A stretch of 64,000 nucleotides of DNA, from assembly GCA_963817385.1 (NCBI GenBank), contig CAWFOM010000014.1, forward strand, positions 1 through 64,000, given 5' to 3'. The translations under genes were made by a program, and so were the position numbers. The notes beneath the pieces are model-generated. The model was not told the origin of the DNA, searched no databases, and saw only the letters and a program-made list of their open reading frames with translations. This document shows positions 63,065 to 64,000 of the stretch, piece by piece (position 1 is the stretch's first letter; each line of letters begins with the position of its first letter). This stretch comes from an uncultured delta proteobacterium. GTDB taxonomy: Bacteria; Desulfobacterota; Syntrophia; Syntrophales; UBA5619.

Positions 63065-64000
63065 GAATCGCACGAGCTCGTTCACCATGGCATCGATGAA
63101 GGCATCGTCGTTGATGTGCAGATCAAGTTCGTCATACGGTATCGAGGGCGACAGTCGCGCCTTGAGTCTCCGGATGAACGCCGCGTTGCATTCGGGGTCC
63201 CAGTGCGCCCGCCCTTCATGGTCGGGATAGGAAAAACCCTTAAGAGGGATGAAGACATGCGTCGGTCCATTCGCCCGGTTGAGCCGCTCGGCCACGATGC
63301 CCGCGGTCCGTTCGATCTCCTCCCGGGAGAGCCGGACCAGGGTGAGGAATGAGTTGTGAACGATATATTTCCTCCCCAGCAGCATTTCCGGGGAAAGCGT
63401 CTCGATCGGCCCCCGGACCGCATAATTGATGCTTCCCGGTGCAACGACCTGAGGAATGCCGAGCGCCCCCGCGGAGACGAGCCGGTAATCCCTGATCGCG
63501 GCGTGAAGCCCCTTCCCGACGGAATCCCCCAGTTCGTGAAGATTGAGGTCGAGCACCCCCTTGAAAATCCTTTCGCGGATCATGTCTTCCATGGCTATCC
63601 CGCCCGTTCCGTTCTGATGGAACGCGATGGCATCGAAGCCTTTTTCCAGGAGGAGCTTTTTGGCCCGCATCGCCCCCTGGGTAACGGTGCCGAGCATGGA
63701 AAGGGCGACGGGAACGCGGCCGGAAGGCTGATCGCTCGCCCGGGCCGCGTCTCTGACCATGCCGCAGACCGCCGCCGCCGCATTGTCGAACACCCGCCGG
63801 GTCATAAAATTGATCCCCTGGATATCCGCAACGGAGTGCATGATGATGATGTCCTTCGTTCCCACGAACGGTCCGAAGGTCGCCCGTCCGGAGGCGACGG
63901 TGGAGACCATGAATTTCGGGACGCCGAACGGGAGCTCCCGCATCGCGGCGGTTCCGATATCGGTGCCCTGCGCGCCGCCTATCGAAAGGATGCCCTGGAA
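63020..64000 (-). CDS. Tm-1-like ATP-binding domain protein (UPF0261), 5'-truncated by window edge
   Basis: MRELPFGVPKFMVSTVASG, DIIIMHSVADIQGIN, FHQNGTGGIAME, HINDDAF. Confidence 0.88.
   Translation of the reverse strand, partial: FQGILSIGGAQGTDIGTAAMRELPFGVPKFMVSTVASGRATFGPFVGTKDIIIMHSVADIQGINFMTRRVFDNAAAAVCGMVRDAARASDQPSGRVPVALSMLGTVTQGAMRAKKLLLEKGFDAIAFHQNGTGGIAMEDMIRERIFKGVLDLNLHELGDSVGKGLHAAIRDYRLVSAGALGIPQVVAPGSINYAVRGPIETLSPEMLLGRKYIVHNSFLTLVRLSREEIERTAGIVAERLNRANGPTHVFIPLKGFSYPDHEGRAHWDPECNAAFIRRLKARLSPSIPYDELDLHINDDAFIDAMVNELVRFMNPPASHSPQLAAG

Noticed and set aside
1..64000. CRISPR array, tRNA (including tRNA-Sec), rRNA, transposase or integrase genes
   Set aside because: No regularly spaced repeats, cloverleaf signatures or DDE/tyrosine recombinase motifs were seen by eye; a tRNAscan-SE/CRISPR scan would be needed to be certain.

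Overview
Chromosomal segment of an anaerobic bacterium. Gene content and repeat types suggest a Deltaproteobacteria/Syntrophales-like organism (inference). It holds three tripartite tricarboxylate transporter (TTT/Tct) loci, a tungsten-type aldehyde oxidoreductase operon with MoaD, several Fe-S proteins, an exported thiol-redox cluster, a TetR-controlled RND efflux operon, housekeeping genes (rmuC, cspA, glpK, cyclophilin, thrC), two diguanylate cyclases, and an uncharacterised aldolase/dehydrogenase catabolic operon at the right end. The ORF track misses three things. (1) A MerB (organomercurial lyase)-like gene at 9499-10251 (-) with TWO in-frame UGA codons at the two catalytic Cys positions, each followed by a SECIS-like hairpin, so it is probably a double selenoprotein. 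(2) The Sec-containing N-terminus of SelD, divergent from a LysR regulator. (3) A stand-alone 6S-like small RNA with a perfect sigma70 promoter and a terminator. MITE/REP-like elements, a degenerate group II intron 3' end and a 131-bp direct repeat around a low-GC segment are also present. The left ~29 kb carries many single-base frameshifts that look like consensus errors. No rRNA, tRNA or CRISPR array was seen.
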